Positions 1 through 9,547 of a stretch of DNA of 64,000 nucleotides are shown piece after piece. Source of the stretch: Candidatus Krumholzibacteriia bacterium (GTDB lineage: Bacteria > Krumholzibacteriota > Krumholzibacteriia > JAJRXK01); contig JBGPIA010000011.1 of the NCBI GenBank assembly GCA_041484665.1, positions 82,091-146,090 on the forward strand. Reading direction: 5' to 3'. The first letter of the stretch is position 1; each line of letters opens with the position of its first letter. Under the pieces are notes generated by a model. That model had not been told where the DNA came from. It did no database searches and saw only the letters and a list, made by a program, of their open reading frames with translations. The translations under genes and the position numbers were made by a program.

Positions 1-1
1 G

Positions 2-562
2 CGGGAGTACGCCCGCCGTGTGGCCGAAGAGGCGGAGCGCCTGGGGCGTGTCGTCACCAATGTGCTCGGCTACACGCGCCTGGAGCGCGGCTCGCTGGGC
101 GTGCGGCCGCAGCAAGGCGACCTGGCGGCGGCGGTCGGTGACAGCGTGCGCCGCATGCAGCCCGCCCTCGAGGCAGCGGGGGCGAGGCTGCGCGTGCAGC
201 TCGCCGACGCTCTGCCGCCTGTGGCATTCGATGTGGACGCCCTCTTCCATATCGTGCAGAACCTCGTGGACAACGCCGAGAAATTCACGCGCGGCGCGGT
301 CGACCGCAGCATCGATGTGGCGCTCACCCACGACGGCGCCAGCGTGCGGCTGTCCGTGCGCGACCATGGCCCAGGCGTGCCGGCGGCGCTGCGGCACCGG
401 TTGTTCCAGCCCTTCGCTCGCACCGAGGATCCCGACGCCCCGCCGGGCCTGGGGCTGGGGCTGACGCTCGTGCAGCGTCTCAGCCGCGCGCAGAACGCCA
501 GTGTGAGCTGCGAGAACGCCCCGGGTGGGGGCGCGCTGTTCGTGGTGACGTTTCCCGTGTAG
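2..562 (+). CDS. Sensor histidine kinase, C-terminal part (runs in from the left edge)
   Basis: HATPase_c boxes NLVDNAEKF, VRDHGPG, LFQPF, GLGLGL; frame is open upstream of the listed start. Confidence 0.93.
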   Translation, partial: REYARRVAEEAERLGRVVTNVLGYTRLERGSLGVRPQQGDLAAAVGDSVRRMQPALEAAGARLRVQLADALPPVAFDVDALFHIVQNLVDNAEKFTRGAVDRSIDVALTHDGASVRLSVRDHGPGVPAALRHRLFQPFARTEDPDAPPGLGLGLTLVQRLSRAQNASVSCENAPGGGALFVVTFPV

Positions 563-594
563 GGGTGCCCGGCGCGCAGCGCCGCAATCGCCCT

Positions 595-700
595 GTGCCG
601 CCCCGTCGCCCCGTGCCGCACCCTCGGTCCGCGCCGTCGCGCCGTGCCGCCCCGTCGCCCCGTGCCGCACCCTCGGCCCGCGCCGTCGCGCCGTGCCGCC
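595..700. repeat. Intergenic GC-rich tandem repeat, 49-bp unit, about 2.2 copies
   Basis: gtgccgccccgtcgccccgtgccgcaccctcgg(t/c)ccgcgccgtcgcgcc at 595 and 644, partial copy at 693. Confidence 0.85.
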
Positions 701-750
701 GGTCCGTTCACTCGGTCAGTCCTGTCGCGCTGCGCTCTCGCTCCATCCAG

Positions 751-800
751 TCTTTACCTCCCTTTGACGGCGCGCCACCGTCTTTACCGCCATTTGACGG
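751..800. promoter_or_regulatory. Two 20-bp direct-repeat boxes, candidate response-regulator operator
   Basis: tctttacctccctttgacgg (751) and tctttaccgccatttgacgg (781); AT-richer than the surroundings; upstream of the 928 start. Confidence 0.5.
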
Positions 801-927
801 CAGATCGCCGCGATCCGTCCGATGCTCTCTGTGCGCCCGCCCCACGGCGGAACACGCGCATGCGAGGCGCGCACTCCACGATGGAGGGCGTGCACTCCAG
901 AGGTCCCATCGAACAGGAGAGTGCTTC

Positions 928-1974
928 ATGGACAAGGTCATGGTTTCCAGAATGCGCGGGGGTCTCGTACGGCCTCTGGCGCTCGCGATCGCGGCCGGCG
1001 CGGCGCTGGCGGTTTGCGGGGTGCTGACGGTCGCAGTGACGCTGGCCGCGGACGGAGCAGCCGCCGCGCAATCCCCGTGCGGCGAGGGCTCCACAGACCC
1101 GGCAGCGCAGACCCGGACTCTGACGCTGCTCTTCCACGGCGGCGTACAGGGCAAGATTCTCGATTGCGGCTGCAAGGCCAAGCCGCTGGGCGGGCTGGCC
1201 CGCCGCGCGGCACTGATCGAGAAGGTGCGCGGCGCCAGCAAAGAGAACAGCGTCGTGTTGGTGGACGCGGGCGGCCTGTTCGGCGAGGACTCGCCCCAGA
1301 TGCGGGCACAGACGGACCTCCTCATCCACGAGACCGCGAAGCTGGGCTACCAGGCGATCGGCGTGGGCGCATCCGACCTCGGACTGGGAGTCGACTACCT
1401 GGAGCGGGCACGCGCGGTCGGCGGGCTGCCGTTCACCAGCGCCAATCTCACCCGGGGAGGGCAGCCCTTGCTCGCCCCCTACCTCGTGCTCCAGAGCGGG
1501 GGGACGCGCGTCGGTGTCATCTGCGTGCTCGGCACCTCCGCGCGGCCCGCGCCGGGGCAGGCCGCCGGCGAGGCCGTGGCGATCGGGGACCCGGCGGAGG
1601 CGTTGCAGCGTTACCTGCCCGAGCTGCGCGCGAAGTCCGACCTGATCGTGCTGCTCTCCCAGCTGCCGGCCGAGGGGCTGACGAGGCTGCTCACGACACT
1701 TGGATCGCAGTCGGGGATCGCGGTGGCCGTGGACGGGACCTCGTACCAACCGACCCGCACGCCCCGTCAGGTCGCTTGCACGACCGTGCTGAGCGCCAAC
1801 AGCCAGGGGAAGTATCTCGGGGAGGCCACGCTGACCTTGGCCGGCGCCGCGCTCGCGGGCACGCCTTCGACCACCGTGCACGAGCTGACGCTCGACCTGC
1901 CCGAGAACCCGCAGATCGCCAGCCGGGTCCACGCATTCGTCGAGCAGCAGAAGGTTGTGGCCGCCAGCCACTGA
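928..1974 (+). CDS. Exported 5'-nucleotidase (UshA) N-terminal-like metallophosphoesterase-fold protein with CGC motif
   Basis: RBS aggaga before ATG 928; hydrophobic signal segment; DCGCKAKPLGGLARR, VDAG, FTSANL, LIVLLS motifs; no C-terminal nucleotidase domain. Confidence 0.75.
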   Translation: MDKVMVSRMRGGLVRPLALAIAAGAALAVCGVLTVAVTLAADGAAAAQSPCGEGSTDPAAQTRTLTLLFHGGVQGKILDCGCKAKPLGGLARRAALIEKVRGASKENSVVLVDAGGLFGEDSPQMRAQTDLLIHETAKLGYQAIGVGASDLGLGVDYLERARAVGGLPFTSANLTRGGQPLLAPYLVLQSGGTRVGVICVLGTSARPAPGQAAGEAVAIGDPAEALQRYLPELRAKSDLIVLLSQLPAEGLTRLLTTLGSQSGIAVAVDGTSYQPTRTPRQVACTTVLSANSQGKYLGEATLTLAGAALAGTPSTTVHELTLDLPENPQIASRVHAFVEQQKVVAASH

Positions 1975-2292
1975 GACCTGCCGAGCGGGCGCGCGTCGTC
2001 GGCCGGCGCCCCGGCCTCAGCCGCAAGACGGGCGCCGGAGGTGGACCCGGCGCAGGGGCCTGGAGCGGGCAGCTCCAGGCCTCGCTGCGCTCGCGCAACG
2101 TCACATTTTCAGTGTGCACAACCCCCTTGACCTGGGAGCGCCGCCGCACCTTCGTTCACGCGCCGGCCCGGCCCGCCTGCCTTTCCGGGGGGCCGACGCG
2201 CTGACCGTTCGAGCGGCGTAGCGCGCGGGGGGCGAGGCGGGGGCTTGGCGCGGGCGCAGACGCGCGGGCGGCTTCCCGGGCCGTGCGCCGGA

Positions 2293-3141
2293 TCAGCGGC
2301 GAACGGCGATGATCTCCAGCACGCCGGGTGTGATCATGAGCGTATGCGGCGCGGCCTCCGCGGCGGCGATCGCCCGCGCGATCCCAGCGGCGCGGTCGCG
2401 GCCCAGCTGGCCCAGGTCGACCAGCCGTTGCAGACCCACCTCAATGAATGCCTTGGGCCACTGCCACACGAAGCTCGAAGCCGGCACGATGTCGATGAGT
2501 GGGCGCAACTCCCGCAGCGTAAACCCGAGCTCTGCTAGCCACACCGGCAGATCCAGCGCGATGTCGGGCTCGCCGCCGCTGGCGCGCCAGCTCTCCATGA
2601 CGACCGCCACGAACTCCTCCAGCTCCGGGGACCGGGGCGCCATCCGCCACGTGCGGTAATCGAAGTACTCGTGGACGACGAGCACGCCGCCGCGTCTCAG
2701 TGTGCCGCCGACCCGCGCGAGCAGGTGGCGCGGATGCTTGACGAAGGCAAACACCCAGCGCGACCACGCGCCGTCAGCGCTCGCGGCGGGCAGCTCCGCC
2801 TCGTCCAGATCGAGCTCACAGGTTTCGATCGTGTCGATGCCGCGCTGCTTGCACGTGGCATCGAGCGTGTCGAGAAAGCGTCGGGATCGGTCGATGGCCA
2901 CGATCCGCCCTGACGGTCCGACGATTTCCGCCAGGTCGAGGGACGCGTACCCCGGGCCGCATCCGATGTCGAGCAGGGTCTGGCCCGCCGTGAAGCCCGC
3001 GCGCCGCCACGCGTCCAGCGCGCGCGGCCTCCAGACACGGTGCTGCAGGCCCAGACGCGCGATCTCGTCATCGTGCGTGCCCAGGACGTAGTCCTTCTCT
3101 TCGCTTTTCGTGTCGCTCATGGCTTTGGCCGGCTTGTTCAC
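2293..3141 (-). CDS. Class I SAM-dependent methyltransferase
   Basis: LDIGCGPG motif I; N-terminal YVLG..EIARL; start may be the ATG at 3120. Confidence 0.9.
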   Translation of the reverse strand: MNKPAKAMSDTKSEEKDYVLGTHDDEIARLGLQHRVWRPRALDAWRRAGFTAGQTLLDIGCGPGYASLDLAEIVGPSGRIVAIDRSRRFLDTLDATCKQRGIDTIETCELDLDEAELPAASADGAWSRWVFAFVKHPRHLLARVGGTLRRGGVLVVHEYFDYRTWRMAPRSPELEEFVAVVMESWRASGGEPDIALDLPVWLAELGFTLRELRPLIDIVPASSFVWQWPKAFIEVGLQRLVDLGQLGRDRAAGIARAIAAAEAAPHTLMITPGVLEIIAVRR

Positions 3142-3402
3142 GGTGCTGGTGGCGATGGGGCGGCGGTCGCGGTAGCCGCAGCCTTCGGACCCGCCGCAGC
3201 GGTCGCGATGGCCGCGCTAGCCGCCATGGTGCACGCCCAGCGACCGGACGCCCCATCTGCCAGCAGAATGCGCTCCCCGCGACAGTGTACTCCGTCCGGG
3301 TGGCGGCTCCCTGGCCGTTTGCGGACGTCGCAGTCACGCCCACCGACAGGCGCCCCAGCTGCAGCTTGACGGGGGCGCCGGTGCTCAGGCAGCCTGTCCG
3401 CC

Positions 3403-3735
3403 ATGACGCGAACCGACGTTCTTGGGGCCCGCACTGAAGCCACGATCTGGCTTTCGGCCATCGGTATCGTGGGCGCGATCAGCGCGACGCTGCTGCCCGG
3501 CTGCGGCGGCAAGCTGCCCGAGCCAGAGAGCCGCCCCGCCCAGCTCTACGTGCAGTACTGCTCCGGACGCGGCTGCCACAGCCCGATCCCGCCCCAGAGC
3601 GATGTCGCCAACAAGTGGAAGCTGCAGACCGACCGCATGCTCGCTCTCATGCGCGAGCGCGGTGCCCCGCTGCCGTCTCCGGAGGAGGAGCAGGAGATCC
3701 GGGAGTACCTGCGCAAGCACGCGTTGAAGCCCTGA
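3403..3735 (+). CDS. Small lipoprotein monoheme cytochrome c with CX4CH motif
   Basis: Lipobox LLPGC; LYVQYCSGRGCHSP; W..RM candidate Met ligand; C-terminal EIREYL helix. Confidence 0.7.
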   Translation: MTRTDVLGARTEATIWLSAIGIVGAISATLLPGCGGKLPEPESRPAQLYVQYCSGRGCHSPIPPQSDVANKWKLQTDRMLALMRERGAPLPSPEEEQEIREYLRKHALKP

Positions 3736-3824
3736 GGGTCGGGCGCCGCGGGCCGCCTTCGGTCGCGATCCCGCCGGCGAAGACGCAGACGCGGGGCCAC
3801 AGGCGGCGATGGGGCCGAGCTGGA

Positions 3825-4262
3825 TTACGAGAGGGAGGGCAGCCCAGCGACCGGAAAGCCTTCCCGTGTGGCCGCCTCTGCCAGTCGTTCATCGAGGGTG
3901 ACGAACGGCAGATCCGGTGGCCGTTCGCGGGAGGCGACGAGCGCTGCGGCAAGCTGAAGCGCATCTGCCGCACGCAGGGCGTGAAGGCCCAAGACGCGCA
4001 GCGCGCGATCAGCGACCAGGTCCAGCGTGATGACCTGACTCATGCTCGAGAACAGCAGGGATGCACGATTGCGCGCCGCGGACAGGTCCGCCGTCCCCAG
4101 GCGTCCCGCGCGATGGCTGCGCGCGAGGGCAGAATGGACTTCGACACGTGACAGCTCCCAGGTGATGCCCACGGAATCGCTGCGCAGGAGGTCCAGGGCC
4201 CAGGTCGTCTGCGCCTCGAGGACCAGCAGCGGAACGATCGCGGAGCTGTCCCAATACCTCAT
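3825..4262 (-). CDS. vapC: Type II TA toxin, PIN domain (VapC)
   Basis: YWDSSA, LRAADALQLAAA, FVTLDERL PIN motifs; overlaps the antitoxin by 4 bp. Confidence 0.92.
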   Translation of the reverse strand: MRYWDSSAIVPLLVLEAQTTWALDLLRSDSVGITWELSRVEVHSALARSHRAGRLGTADLSAARNRASLLFSSMSQVITLDLVADRALRVLGLHALRAADALQLAAALVASRERPPDLPFVTLDERLAEAATREGFPVAGLPSLS

Positions 4263-4561
4263 CGTCCCGACTCCCGCTCCTGCAGCAGCGCGGCGAGCAC
4301 CCCTGCCCCCTGACCGGGTGGCGGCTCGTCACGCAGCTCGCGCGGGAGGCGACCGGTTCCTGGACGGACCAAGCCGTCACGCTCGAGCACGACGAGTCGC
4401 TCCGCATCGGTTGCTGTGAACCCACCGGCGCGGCTGCCGATCGGAACAATCTCCGCGATGGGTTTGTCGCGGTCGAAGATGAGAACGCGACCGCCGGACC
4501 GGACGTGGTCGAGGTACTGGCTCAAGCGGTCCCGCAACTCGGATATATTGGCTCTTTTCAT
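4259..4561 (-). CDS. Type II TA antitoxin, Phd/YefM family
   Basis: ISELRDRLSQYLDHVRSG..VLIFDRDKPIAEIVP; directly upstream of the PIN toxin. Confidence 0.9.
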   Translation of the reverse strand: MKRANISELRDRLSQYLDHVRSGGRVLIFDRDKPIAEIVPIGSRAGGFTATDAERLVVLERDGLVRPGTGRLPRELRDEPPPGQGAGVLAALLQERESGR

Positions 4562-4628
4562 GACGCCATTATAGCCATATCCAGTCCGGCCCGCAAGGGT
4601 TGGAGGCCGGAGCCCGCGGTCCGCGTCC

Positions 4629-5573
4629 CTAGCGGCGATTGCCTGCCCGCTGCACCATCGCCACCCCCGTCAGGACCAACATGCCGCCCGCCACGATCGC
4701 GCCGCGGACTGCCTCGCCCAGCACGACGGCCGCCGCCGCCACCGTCACCAGCGGCTCGATGTACAGGAAGGCGGCCACGCGTGAGGCCTCGATGCGCTCC
4801 AGCGCACCGTACCAGAAGAGATAGCCGAGCCCGGAGCAGCCAATGCCCAGGAACAGTAGCGCCGCGATCCCGCCACCGGTGAGCCCGCCGTACTCCTGCC
4901 AGCCCCGGCGCCACACGAACAGCGGAACGAGCATGAGCCAGCCCAGCAGCATTGCCCCCGCAGTGGCGCGGCGGCTCCCGAGCTTGCGCAGCGTGGGATG
5001 GCCAAGCGTAGTGTAGATGGCCCAGTTGACGTTGCTGGCCATGACCAGCAGGTCGCCACGCGTGGACGGCAGGGCGAGCACGCCCTGGCCCACACGCCCC
5101 TGCGTGACGACCAGGATAGCGCCCGCGCAGCCGACCACCAGGCCCGCGGCCTTGGCGCGACCGAAGCGCTCGCGGAGGAAGAGACCCGCCAGCAAGGCCG
5201 TCCAGATCGGCGTCAGCCCGACCAACCAGCCGGCATGCACCGCGCTGGTGAGCGTCAGGCCGTGGACCTGGAGCATCTGGTGGGCGAACACGCCCACCAG
5301 GCCCATGAGCGCCAGCGCGCCCCAGTCGGCGCGTGGCGGCAGCGCCGGCTCGCCGCGCAGCGCGAGCATGAGCTGCAGGAGCAGCGTTCCCAGCGCGAAG
5401 CGCGAAAAGATCAACGTCACCGGCGAAAGCTCACGCAGGACGACCTTGGTCGCCACGAACGAGATCCCCCACATGAGGATTGCGATGAGAGCGCCGGCGC
5501 GCGGCGCGAGCCACGACCGACCCCGACCGTTGCGCATCGCGTCCGCGGGCGATTGGGCAGTGGGCGCGGTCAC
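4629..5573 (-). CDS. EamA/DMT family transporter
   Basis: WGISFVATK, two EamA halves, about 10 hydrophobic segments, FLYIEP. Confidence 0.92.
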   Translation of the reverse strand: MTAPTAQSPADAMRNGRGRSWLAPRAGALIAILMWGISFVATKVVLRELSPVTLIFSRFALGTLLLQLMLALRGEPALPPRADWGALALMGLVGVFAHQMLQVHGLTLTSAVHAGWLVGLTPIWTALLAGLFLRERFGRAKAAGLVVGCAGAILVVTQGRVGQGVLALPSTRGDLLVMASNVNWAIYTTLGHPTLRKLGSRRATAGAMLLGWLMLVPLFVWRRGWQEYGGLTGGGIAALLFLGIGCSGLGYLFWYGALERIEASRVAAFLYIEPLVTVAAAAVVLGEAVRGAIVAGGMLVLTGVAMVQRAGNRR

Positions 5574-6406
5574 CGGGCGCGGCGACGCGCCGCGGTGCCG
5601 GGGCCGTCTGCCTGCGCGCGCGGAACGTCGACCTCGATCTCACCCCGCAGGTACTCGACCGCGCGTCCGCTGATCGTTACCCGGTCACCGCGGTCCTCGC
5701 AGAACAGCTCGCCGCCGCGCGCGGAGATCTGCAAGCCACGCAGCGTCTTGCGCGAGAGCCGCGCCGACCAGAACGGGATGAGCGTGCAGTGTGCAGCTCC
5801 GGTCACCGGGTCCTCGTTGATTCCGGCCTTGGGGGCGAAGAAGCGCGATACGAAGTCGGCGTCCTTGCCCGGCGCGGTGGCGATCACGGCAAACGCATCC
5901 AGCGCCAGCATCCGGTCGAAGCGCGGCCGCAGCGCGGCGATCTGCTCCTGCGTGTCGAACAAGACCAGCAGATCGCGCGCCGCGTGCACCTCGCGCGGCC
6001 GGGCGCCGAGTGCTTCCACGAGCTCCTCGCTGCCGGCGGCCGGCTGCGGCGGACGTGCGGGGAAATCCATGCGCAGTAGCTCTGCGTCGCGCTCGACGAG
6101 CAGCGGACCGCTGAGCGTCTCGAAGCGGGCGCGATCGCCGCGCACGCGGCCCTCGCGGAACAGGACGAAGGCCGTGGCCAGTGTCGCATGGCCGCAGAGG
6201 TCGACTTCCATCGTCGGCGTAAACCAGCGCAGTCCGAAGCCATCCTTGCCGGGCAGCACGAACGCGGTCTCCGAGAGGTTGTTCTCTGCGGCGATGGCCT
6301 GCATGACGTCCTCGGGCAGCGGCTGTTCGAGCAGCACGACCGCGGCCGGATTGCCGCCGAACACGCGGCTGGTGAAGGCATCGACCTGGTAGAGCGGCAG
6401 TTTCAT
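5570..6406 (-). CDS. PhzF family (DAP-epimerase fold) protein
   Basis: QVDAF..GGNPAAV, NLSETAF, DLCGHATLA, EDPVTGAAH; ATG 6406 with RBS ggaagga. Confidence 0.95.
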   Translation of the reverse strand: MKLPLYQVDAFTSRVFGGNPAAVVLLEQPLPEDVMQAIAAENNLSETAFVLPGKDGFGLRWFTPTMEVDLCGHATLATAFVLFREGRVRGDRARFETLSGPLLVERDAELLRMDFPARPPQPAAGSEELVEALGARPREVHAARDLLVLFDTQEQIAALRPRFDRMLALDAFAVIATAPGKDADFVSRFFAPKAGINEDPVTGAAHCTLIPFWSARLSRKTLRGLQISARGGELFCEDRGDRVTISGRAVEYLRGEIEVDVPRAQADGPGTAARRRAR

Positions 6407-7121
6407 CTCGGTCCTTCCTGGGGCGCCGAACAAGCCTCGACGACCAGCGGCTGTGCCGCGGGAGGCTTCGTCTTCCGCGGCGGCTTCAAGGTGGCCAGCA
6501 CGCCCCCGCCGAGCTCCTCCAGACGCCAGTGGATCTGCGAGTCGCGTGTGTCCCGCGCGAGCGACGTAATGGCATCGAGCAGATCGAGCACCGACTGGTC
6601 GGCTGTCAGTTCGAATCGCCGGGCAATCTCGGAAACCAGTCCGGACTGCCCCATGGCGCTCCGCCGCACCTCGAGCTCGAGCGTCTGGATTTGTGGAGGG
6701 GAGAGTGTGTGGCTGCCGTCTGCATCTGCTCCGGGCCGCGCGCGAACGTCTCGTGCTCGGCGCACGTGCTGATGGACTCGCGCAGGCGCCTACGAATCTC
6801 GGCGACCTCGCCTGGGGCAATCCCGCCAGCGGAGGGCGCGATGCGCTCCCTCCGGATGTGGCGTGTCGCCAGCAAACCATCCGCGCACTCTTGACGAAGG
6901 ATGTACGGGCAAACGAAAACCCATCTGCCAATGGCTGTCAGCGCGACACCGCCGCGGATGATCTTGCCCGGCCGCACTTGCGCGAACCATGTCAGGGTCG
7001 AACGCAGGTACAGGTGCTCGCCGTCATCGTAGCGATCGTAGATCGTGCCTCCGAGCGCTGCCATCTCGCGGGTGAACAGCCCCGTGATCTCCCCATTCGT
7101 CGGAATGGATTCGACGCACAT
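6403..7121 (-). pseudogene. Probable single gene split by a frameshift near 6700 (DUF932-like hypothetical)
   Basis: ORF 6606..7121 reads as protein up to EQMQTAA, and ORF 6403..6765 takes over in another frame (LLDAITSLARDTRD..WRLEELGGG); together they resemble one DUF932-like protein, by recall. Confidence 0.55.
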
Positions 7122-7252
7122 GCGACCTCCCCTCTCAAGTGTGGGCTGCCTCGCACGCCGCCCCCGTGGAGCCGTTGCCCAAAGTGGGGGGAGTGTAGCG
7201 CGGATCGCATGCGCCGTGCGCGGGCCACCGCGGGCGCGCCGTAAAGGGAGTC

Positions 7253-7951
7253 TCAGACGAGCGGGAGCGCGAGCCGGTCGAGCACGCGCGTCATCAGCCC
7301 GGCGCTGGCCGAGAACCGATCCGGCCGGGCGAGCATCTCATCAGCGGGCTGCACCCATGGGCCGGAGGCGAGATCGTCCTGCCCGTGCTCGAGCATGGCC
7401 CGCACACCGTCCGCGGTCGTCTCGAGGTGGAACTGCAGCCCAACGACGCGGTCTGCGAGCGCGAACGCCTGATGGGCGCAGGCAGCGCTGCTCGCCAGAT
7501 GCACGGCGCCCACGGGCAGCTCGAACGTCTCGCCGTGCCAGTGGAACGGCTCGAACCGGGGTGGCAGCACCCCGGCGAGGGGATGGCGGTCCGGATTGGC
7601 CGCGCGTTCGGCCGCAAACCAGCCGATCTCGCGCTCGCCGTTACGGAAGACGCGCGCGCCCGCGGTCGCGGCCAACAGTTGAGCGCCGAGGCAGATCCCC
7701 AGGACAGTCTTGCCGCGCTCGACGGCCTGGGCGATGAAGCGCTTCTCGCCGCGCAGCCAGGGCAGCGTCGTTTCGTCGTTGGCGCTCATCGGTCCGCCCA
7801 TGATGATCAGCCAGTCCACTGCGGCGGGATCGGTCAGGCGGACATCGCGCCAGAAATCGGTCGTTGTGACCCGGGCGCCGCGGGCGGCGAGCCAATCCCC
7901 GATGCTTCCGGGCCCTTCGAAGGGGACGTGCTGCAGGATGTTGACGTGCAT
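7253..7951 (-). CDS. Class I glutamine amidotransferase (GMP-synthase-like)
   Basis: QHVPFEGPG, MGGPMS, LGICLGAQL (Cys nucleophile), QFHLE; ATG overlaps the upstream TGA. Confidence 0.93.
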   Translation of the reverse strand: MHVNILQHVPFEGPGSIGDWLAARGARVTTTDFWRDVRLTDPAAVDWLIIMGGPMSANDETTLPWLRGEKRFIAQAVERGKTVLGICLGAQLLAATAGARVFRNGEREIGWFAAERAANPDRHPLAGVLPPRFEPFHWHGETFELPVGAVHLASSAACAHQAFALADRVVGLQFHLETTADGVRAMLEHGQDDLASGPWVQPADEMLARPDRFSASAGLMTRVLDRLALPLV

Positions 7952-9447
7952 CAGTCCACCGTGCGGTTCGACCGGTCCGAGCGAGTCGACCGGTCCGCTG
8001 GGTCCGCCGGGCGCGAGGGGCCGCCGGGACGTCCCGTGGAGCGCCTCGTCCCGCCAGCGCCCTGCGCCCAGCGCACCAGCAGCAGCAACGGCCAGCCTGC
8101 CAGGAGCAACGCCATGCCGATCAGCGCGAGCCGCGTCTCGTGCACGAGCACGTGCAGCGCGACTGCCAGCAGGCAGGCCATGAACAGGAGCGGCAGCACC
8201 GGAAAGCCGGGCATGCGAAAGACGGTCCCGCCGCCCGTGTCTGGGTGCGGATCGCCGCCCGCGGTGTCCCCACGCTCCGCCCGCCGCCGCAACACGAACA
8301 CCGTCGAGGCCACCACGACCAGCGTGAGCGCGTCGGTGAACATGACGTAGCTCAGCAGCTTCTCGAACGACCCGATCATCAGGGCCGGCAAGAGCATCGT
8401 GGCTCCGAAGAACACCAGGCCGAACTCCTGCACCTGCGTGCGCGGATTGACCCGCTGGAAGATCCCGGGCACGGCCCGGTCCCGCGCCATGGCGTAGTAG
8501 CTGCGCGGCACCTGCAGGATCGTGGCGTTCACGAAGCCGGCGGCCGAGACGAAGATCGCCAGCGAGACGATCGCCCCCCCGGCTTGTCCCAGGCAGGCGC
8601 GCGCGAGCTCGGCCGCCACGAGGTCGGAGCGCGCCACGCCACCCGTGCCGAGCACGCGCTGATAGGCCGTATTGATGAAGAGATAGAGGGCCGTGACGAT
8701 GAGCATTCCAGCGGCGACGGCCAGCGGCAGGTTGCGCCGCGCGCGGCGCACGTCGCCGCCGATGTTCATGGCGTTCTGGTAGCCGCCGTACGCGTAGAAG
8801 ACCGCGACGGCCGCTGCAGTGAGAGCGGCCCACGAGTTCCCTCCGGTCGCGGTCGACGACCCGGCGATGGCGGGGGGCGCTCCCACGCGGCGGCCCAGCA
8901 GCAGCGCCGCGGCGCCCAGCGCCAGCAGCATGGCGATCTTCAGCAGCGAGAGGACATTCTGCGTGCGAGCCCCGGCGCGGATCCCCAGCAGGTTGAGCAC
9001 GAGCAGGATCACCATCAGCCCCACCGCGCACGCGACCACACCGCTGTGGGAATGCTGCGCCGAGGGCGCCAGCAGGGGCGTGAGGTACTCCGCTCCGATG
9101 AACGCCACTCCGGCCGCTCCTGCGCCCTGCATGAGCGCCTGTGCCCAGTTGAGCATGAAGGCCAGCACGGGGTGATAGCAGTCGGCGACCACCTTGTAGT
9201 AGCCGCCGGGACGGGGAAAGCGCGAGCCGATTTCCATGAAGGTCAACGCGCCGATCAGGCTGATCAGCCCGCCTGCGGTCCAGGCGGCGAAGAAGAGGAA
9301 CGTCGTGCCCGTGCGCGCGGCGACGATGGCGGGAGTGCGAAAGATACCGATCCCGATGACCAGGCTCACGACGACCATCGAGGTGTCGAAGGCGGAGAGT
9401 GTGGGCTCGATGCGGCCGCCGGGCGGCACAGGATCGCTTGCCGTCAT
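7951..9447 (-). CDS. APC family amino acid permease
   Basis: IGIGIFRTP, EIGSRFPRPGGYY, FYAYGGY, PRSYYAMARD; about 12 TM segments. Confidence 0.93.
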   Translation of the reverse strand: MTASDPVPPGGRIEPTLSAFDTSMVVVSLVIGIGIFRTPAIVAARTGTTFLFFAAWTAGGLISLIGALTFMEIGSRFPRPGGYYKVVADCYHPVLAFMLNWAQALMQGAGAAGVAFIGAEYLTPLLAPSAQHSHSGVVACAVGLMVILLVLNLLGIRAGARTQNVLSLLKIAMLLALGAAALLLGRRVGAPPAIAGSSTATGGNSWAALTAAAVAVFYAYGGYQNAMNIGGDVRRARRNLPLAVAAGMLIVTALYLFINTAYQRVLGTGGVARSDLVAAELARACLGQAGGAIVSLAIFVSAAGFVNATILQVPRSYYAMARDRAVPGIFQRVNPRTQVQEFGLVFFGATMLLPALMIGSFEKLLSYVMFTDALTLVVVASTVFVLRRRAERGDTAGGDPHPDTGGGTVFRMPGFPVLPLLFMACLLAVALHVLVHETRLALIGMALLLAGWPLLLLVRWAQGAGGTRRSTGRPGGPSRPADPADRSTRSDRSNRTVD

Positions 9448-9547
9448 GGCGCAGGTTACCCTAGCGCAAGCCCCGGGCGCAGGCCAGCGCCGGAGCGTGG
9501 GCGGCGGTTCGCGGTGCGTCAGAAGGCCGGTGGTGGCGTGCGGACGA

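Noticed and set aside
3138..3512. Small minus-strand ORF abutting the methyltransferase
   Set aside because: Low-complexity Ala/Pro sequence with no motifs, overlapping the better-supported cytochrome gene.
5570..6406. PhzF as evidence of phenazine biosynthesis
   Set aside because: No phzABDEG genes nearby; stand-alone PhzF homologues are common.
7253..7951. Glutamine amidotransferase as part of an aniline (gamma-glutamylanilide) pathway feeding the amn genes
   Set aside because: Opposite strand, several kb away, and no glutamine-synthetase-like or Rieske dioxygenase genes in the window.
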